Positions 7,048 to 10,899 of a DNA stretch of 10,899 nt are shown piece after piece (the stretch's first letter is position 1; every line of letters starts with the position of its first letter). The notes beneath the pieces are model-generated. The model saw only the letters and a list, made by a program, of their open reading frames with translations. It was not told where the DNA came from and did no database searches. Position numbers and translations under genes: made by a program. The stretch comes from Candidatus Nanohalobium sp. (GTDB lineage: Archaea > Nanohalarchaeota > Nanosalinia > Nanosalinales > Nanosalinaceae), in NCBI GenBank assembly GCA_042216335.1, contig JBDGTY010000058.1, forward strand, positions 1-10,899, given 5' to 3'.

Positions 7048-10000
7048 TCGTACCAGTCAGTGATATCCTCACGGTCGAAGATGTTCTCCTGCCCCACTTG
7101 CTTCTTCAGCTTCTCCGCTGTCTTCTTACCTATCAATTTCTTCAGCTTCTCGAAGCTGACCTCTCGTATCTGGCTCTGCGTCTCGATGCCGTGGTCGCTC
7201 AACTTCCTGGCTCTGACCCGGCCGATCTGATCGTACTGCACCAGGTCCAGCAACTCCTCTTTGATACCGTGCTCCATACGCACACGCAGCTTCTCGATAT
7301 CATTTTCTACCTCATCTGACTCCATCCCACGCATCCTTATCAGTTCCTTCGCCCCGTAGAGCAGCCAGTCAGCGTTCTGCATCTTGGCTCTGATGCCGCC
7401 TGGAGCCGTCCCGAACTCGTTCATGATCCGCTCCTCGTCCATCTCCTGTATCCATGACTGCATCATCATCGCAGTCTTCATAGCCTCAAGGAACTTCTCG
7501 TAACCCGGCTCCCACTCCTCCGGGACCTCGTCCAGCAGGTACAGCTCGGCGTCCTGCAGCGCGTTCTGGTAATCGCTGAACTCCTTGTCCTTGACTCGGA
7601 GCCGAGGCGCCATCTCGGAAGTCATCGCCAGCATAACCAGGTAGGAAATAGGCCGGGTCTCGGTACCTTCCGCCTTTTCAAGGGATTCCAGCATGTAATG
7701 CGCGGAATCCGGGTCGATGTACAGATCGGAAACCTTTTTGCCGATTTTCGTCGCCCTTAACTCATCTTCTTCGATAAACTCATAGTCCCTAAGATTCTCC
7801 ACGACGTCTCGGATCTTTTCTGCTACCTGCTGCATATCCCCGAACTGATGAGCATAGAAAGTCTTCCTGTAGAACTTCTGGAGATCATCCATCGAATTAC
7901 AGAAGTTTGAAGCGACCAGGGCCAGCGTATGCATCCTCAGAACTGGCTCAACGTTCAGCTTGGACTGGATACGCTCCGGCTCGCCCAGTATGTATCTTTC
8001 CCTTATCTCGTCCACACTTCCGGGATTCTTGGCGACAGATATGGCCTCTCCGCGGTTATCGTACTTTGGACGGCCGGCCCTGCCCGTCATCTGTTCGTAC
8101 TCCAGCACAGGAATCCAGTTCATGCCGTCACCGTCGTAACGCTTCAGATCACGGATTATAACACGGAAGGCAGGAAGGTTGACTCCTGCAGCAAGCGTTG
8201 GTGTCGCTGAGACAGATTTTATCAGGTCTTTCTTGAATGCCTGCTCCACTAGTTCTCTTTGCTGCGTTGTGTTGTGTGCGATCAGCCCGTTGGCTATGAA
8301 GTTTTCCGTTGAGGTGCTTAAGTCGTATAATTTTTCTTCCCGTTTCTCTTCAATTGATTCTATCCTGTCCCAATAAATATCAGAGTGAGCTATTTTTTGC
8401 AGTTTCCTGCTTTCCAGTTTCTCCGCCAGTTGCTGGAAGTTGTCTCGCTTCATCGGTGTCTTGTGGTTCTCGAATCTTGAGACTGTGGCTCTGGAGAGCT
8501 CAGGTTCGAGGTCGGATAAGCTGAGATCTTTTTCGTTACGTATCTTCCTCACTTTTGTTCCGAGCGTTTCTGGGATGACATCGTTCTGTCTTCTGCCTCC
8601 TTCAGGATTCTTACTTAGTGCCTCCTTTAATTTTGAGCTCTTTTCGGAGTGTGTAAAACCTATGTCCTCCTGGTACTTTCTGAGCCGGTCGGCGCCGTAA
8701 AGCAGTATCCTATGGATATCTCCGTTTGTATTGACCTCGTGTCCTTCGATTTCAGTTTTCCTGCCTTTGACACTTCTCTTATCTCTGTGGGCCAGAATGC
8801 CGAAGCGTAAGAGAGAGGTATGTACTTCTGTAGCTAAATCTGAACTAGCGGTGTAGAATTCTATGCATGAAGCGCCGTCTGAGTTTTCTCTGCAGTTTAC
8901 TGATCCATCAGTATCAAAGAGGCCTCGCAGATAGGAGGCAAGTAGTTCATCAGGAAGGCCTAAATCGGGCATCCTCAAGTTATGAGCTTTGTTTTCTCTG
9001 GGTATTCCGAAATGGTCGTGCAGAATGTCTGCTACAGCTTTTGAACTAAACTTCAGAATCTTTACTTCGTCTTTCTCTCGATTGACAACGGAGACATCTC
9101 TGCCAAACTTCTCATTGACAATATCTCTGAATCGATTTAGAACCGGTTTACTGCTTCCGCTCAGGTTAATCTCGCTGCTACCTATCCATCCATCGCCTGC
9201 TACAGCCCCGATTAACCAGGATATATCTTTGTCTAGCTCTTTCGGTGCCTGAACGGGTTTCTGGCCGGCTTTCGACATAACCTCATCCAAGTATTCATCT
9301 GGATCCTCCTCAGATGCCTTACAGAGCTTCCGGAGACCTCCGACTGATATGTTTCTATCCTTCCTGTACCTTTTCCTGAAGTTCTTGTCAAGGGTGCCAG
9401 TATCAACTCCCTCTGCGATTTCATCGACTTTGCCATACTTCCGATAAGTCCTAACTTCATCTCTCAGTAAGGATCTCAGATTGACAGTATCTGCCTGAAT
9501 GTTTAGATTTCTTGGCGTCGCTATCCTATCTCCTTCTCTCAGGTTTTTTGATTTCCTCCAGTCGAGTCCTTCCTCGGTAAGAACCGGCAACTGATGGTTC
9601 TTACTGGCCTTTAAACTTCTTCCTAGACTGGTTTTGATCTCCAGCACAGGTTTCTCTCCGAGCTTATGCTTTTCCTTAATGCTATTATCGTCAATACTGT
9701 AGTCTTCAAGACCGATTGCCTCGTCAACATCATTTTCCACTAGTTTCTCCATCTGTGAGAAGCTTCCATCTGGATGAAGAACAAGTGAATCGCCCGAAAG
9801 ACAGAGCCCTGCGTGGTGGAAGGCAGCTCCCTTCCTCACGTTCTCCGCTAATCTCTCGCACTGAGACGTCGGCGAGCCGAGAGCGTTCAGTATCCTGTCT
9901 GCATACTCCTCTAGCTTCTTTTTCTCCTCTCTGTTGAGTTCCTCTTCGGTTATCTTGGCTGCGCGGTCAGAGCTTTTCTCCGCTCCCTTCCTTGAGGAGC

Positions 10001-10853
10001 AGAACACTATCGCCTGTTTGTCCATCTGGAATGTGTCGTTCAACAGGTTTGGTACTGGTTTTCCGTGGATGTCCTCGACGAAGTACTTTTCTCCTCTGTT
10101 TGTATCATTTTTCTTGACTTCGTTGCCGGTCTGCCAACCGCTGAGAGAGTCCTCTCCCCCGGTTTTTTCCTCCTCGTTCTCCTCTAGTTCTTCGTCGTCT
10201 TCGTGGAATTCTATCTCGTTTCCGCTGTAGATGCCGTGGCGGAGCTCTACCGGCCGGTAATCTGACTCGACCAGTTCTGCTTCCAGCCACTCTGCCAGTT
10301 CTCCGGAGTTTGATATCGTCGCTGAAAGGCCGAGCAACTGGAAATCCAGCATATCTCTCAATTTGGTCAGGGTCACCTCCAGGGTTGGGCCGCGGTTCTT
10401 TGATGTGAGAAGGTGTATTTCGTCGATGACGACCAGGCCGATGTCATGGATCCAGGAGGGGTTGTGCCGCAGCATTGAGTCGAGTTTTTCAGAGGTCACG
10501 ATGACGACGTCCGCGTTCTCCAGATACTCTCCGGCCTCGTCACGGTTCCCGACCGAGATCTTGACGTTGAGTTCCTTATATCTGTCGGAGAAATCCTCAT
10601 ATTTTTCCGATGCCAGCGCCTTCAGAGGCACGACGTACACAGCAGTTTTTCCTTCCTTGACTGCTTTCTCAACTATCGCCAGCTCTGCGATAAAGGTCTT
10701 GCCGGATGCGGTTGGTGAGGCGACTATCATGTCTTCCCCGTTCAATAGTCCTGCCTCCACAGCCTTTTCCTGCGGTGGATTCAGTTCTGTGATGCCTGAG
10801 TCTATGTAGTCCTGCTTAATTCTTTCCGGCAGATCAAGGTTTTCGGTCTTCAC
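7044..10853 (-). CDS. hel308: Hel308/Hjm (Ski2-like SF2) ATP-dependent DNA helicase precursor containing an intein (758 aa after splicing)
   Basis: GTG start at 10853. Q-motif ELNPPQ, Walker A SPTASGKT, PLKALASEK, DEIH, LSAT, VFCSSRK, FHHAGL, ATPTLAAGVNLPA, QMTGRAGRP, and the domain-5 IGRVRARKL motif. The frame is open further upstream, but this start matches the usual Hel308 N-terminus. Confidence 0.95.
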   Translation of the reverse strand: MKTENLDLPERIKQDYIDSGITELNPPQEKAVEAGLLNGEDMIVASPTASGKTFIAELAIVEKAVKEGKTAVYVVPLKALASEKYEDFSDRYKELNVKISVGNRDEAGEYLENADVVIVTSEKLDSMLRHNPSWIHDIGLVVIDEIHLLTSKNRGPTLEVTLTKLRDMLDFQLLGLSATISNSGELAEWLEAELVESDYRPVELRHGIYSGNEIEFHEDDEELEENEEEKTGGEDSLSGWQTGNEVKKNDTNRGEKYFVEDIHGKPVPNLLNDTFQMDKQAIVFCSSRKGAEKSSDRAAKITEEELNREEKKKLEEYADRILNALGSPTSQCERLAENVRKGAAFHHAGLCLSGDSLVLHPDGSFSQMEKLVENDVDEAIGLEDYSIDDNSIKEKHKLGEKPVLEIKTSLGRSLKASKNHQLPVLTEEGLDWRKSKNLREGDRIATPRNLNIQADTVNLRSLLRDEVRTYRKYGKVDEIAEGVDTGTLDKNFRKRYRKDRNISVGGLRKLCKASEEDPDEYLDEVMSKAGQKPVQAPKELDKDISWLIGAVAGDGWIGSSEINLSGSSKPVLNRFRDIVNEKFGRDVSVVNREKDEVKILKFSSKAVADILHDHFGIPRENKAHNLRMPDLGLPDELLASYLRGLFDTDGSVNCRENSDGASCIEFYTASSDLATEVHTSLLRFGILAHRDKRSVKGRKTEIEGHEVNTNGDIHRILLYGADRLRKYQEDIGFTHSEKSSKLKEALSKNPEGGRRQNDVIPETLGTKVRKIRNEKDLSLSDLEPELSRATVSRFENHKTPMKRDNFQQLAEKLESRKLQKIAHSDIYWDRIESIEEKREEKLYDLSTSTENFIANGLIAHNTTQQRELVEQAFKKDLIKSVSATPTLAAGVNLPAFRVIIRDLKRYDGDGMNWIPVLEYEQMTGRAGRPKYDNRGEAISVAKNPGSVDEIRERYILGEPERIQSKLNVEPVLRMHTLALVASNFCNSMDDLQKFYRKTFYAHQFGDMQQVAEKIRDVVENLRDYEFIEEDELRATKIGKKVSDLYIDPDSAHYMLESLEKAEGTETRPISYLVMLAMTSEMAPRLRVKDKEFSDYQNALQDAELYLLDEVPEEWEPGYEKFLEAMKTAMMMQSWIQEMDEERIMNEFGTAPGGIRAKMQNADWLLYGAKELIRMRGMESDEVENDIEKLRVRMEHGIKEELLDLVQYDQIGRVRARKLSDHGIETQSQIREVSFEKLKKLIGKKTAEKLKKQVGQENIFDREDITDWYD
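8271..9803 (-). mobile_element. Intein (511 aa) with dodecapeptide (LAGLIDADG) homing endonuclease and XRE-like HTH
   Basis: Junctions FHHAGL|CLSGDSLV (Cys351) and NFIANGLIAHN|TTQQRELVE (Asn861, Thr+1). Block B ASKNH; endonuclease blocks WLIGAVAGDG and YLRGLFDTDGSV; block H ASSDLATEVHTSLLRFGI; block F WDRIESIE...LYDLST. Removing it restores the continuous helicase sequence HHAGLTTQQRELVEQAF. Confidence 0.96.
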
Positions 10854-10899
10854 ATTCCAGAAAAGTTGTTGAAGTCTTTTGACCTTACCGGTCTTCCGG

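Noticed and set aside
646-7072. Short alternative-frame and antisense ORFs within fba, fbp and the protease (e.g. 1666-2244, 3667-4209, 6692-7072)
   Set aside because: Essentially contained within well-supported genes, with no motifs and atypical composition.
7098-10809. Plus-strand and alternative-frame ORFs overlapping hel308 and its intein
   Set aside because: Shadow ORFs; S/F/L-rich mirror images of Glu/Lys codons on the coding strand.
10850-10899. 3' end of an upstream minus-strand gene (either ...GRPVRSKDFNNFSGM* overlapping the GTG as GTGA, or ...PEDR* ending at 10885), or a longer hel308 N-terminus
   Set aside because: Only about 46 nt lie upstream of the start; the three readings cannot be distinguished.
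1-10899. CRISPR array, tRNA/rRNA, IS element or terminal inverted repeats
   Set aside because: The window is almost fully protein-coding, the largest internal gap is 79 bp, and no such patterns were seen by eye.

Overview
Archaeal chromosomal window from an extreme halophile. The cytoplasmic proteins are very acidic, GC is only about 50%, promoters look leaderless with TATA/BRE boxes, and genes are tightly packed, which fits Nanohaloarchaeota/DPANN best (inference). From left to right: (-) the 5' part of a CxxC thioredoxin/peroxiredoxin-like gene; (-) a ~106-aa gene split by a single -1 frameshift and missed by the ORF track; a divergent promoter region; (+) archaeal-type class I fructose-bisphosphate aldolase and class 1 FBPase; (+) a probable two-gene operon encoding a small, basic, membrane-anchored 8-Cys protein with a protease-inhibitor-like CTxxxC loop and a 1441-aa membrane-tethered Kp43-like S8 protease with about six Ig-like repeats and about 59 N-glycosylation sequons; and (-) Hel308/Ski2-like helicase interrupted by a 511-aa LAGLIDADG+HTH intein. 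The best candidate for an undescribed system is the Cys-rich protein plus surface protease pair. No CRISPR array, RNA gene or IS element was seen.
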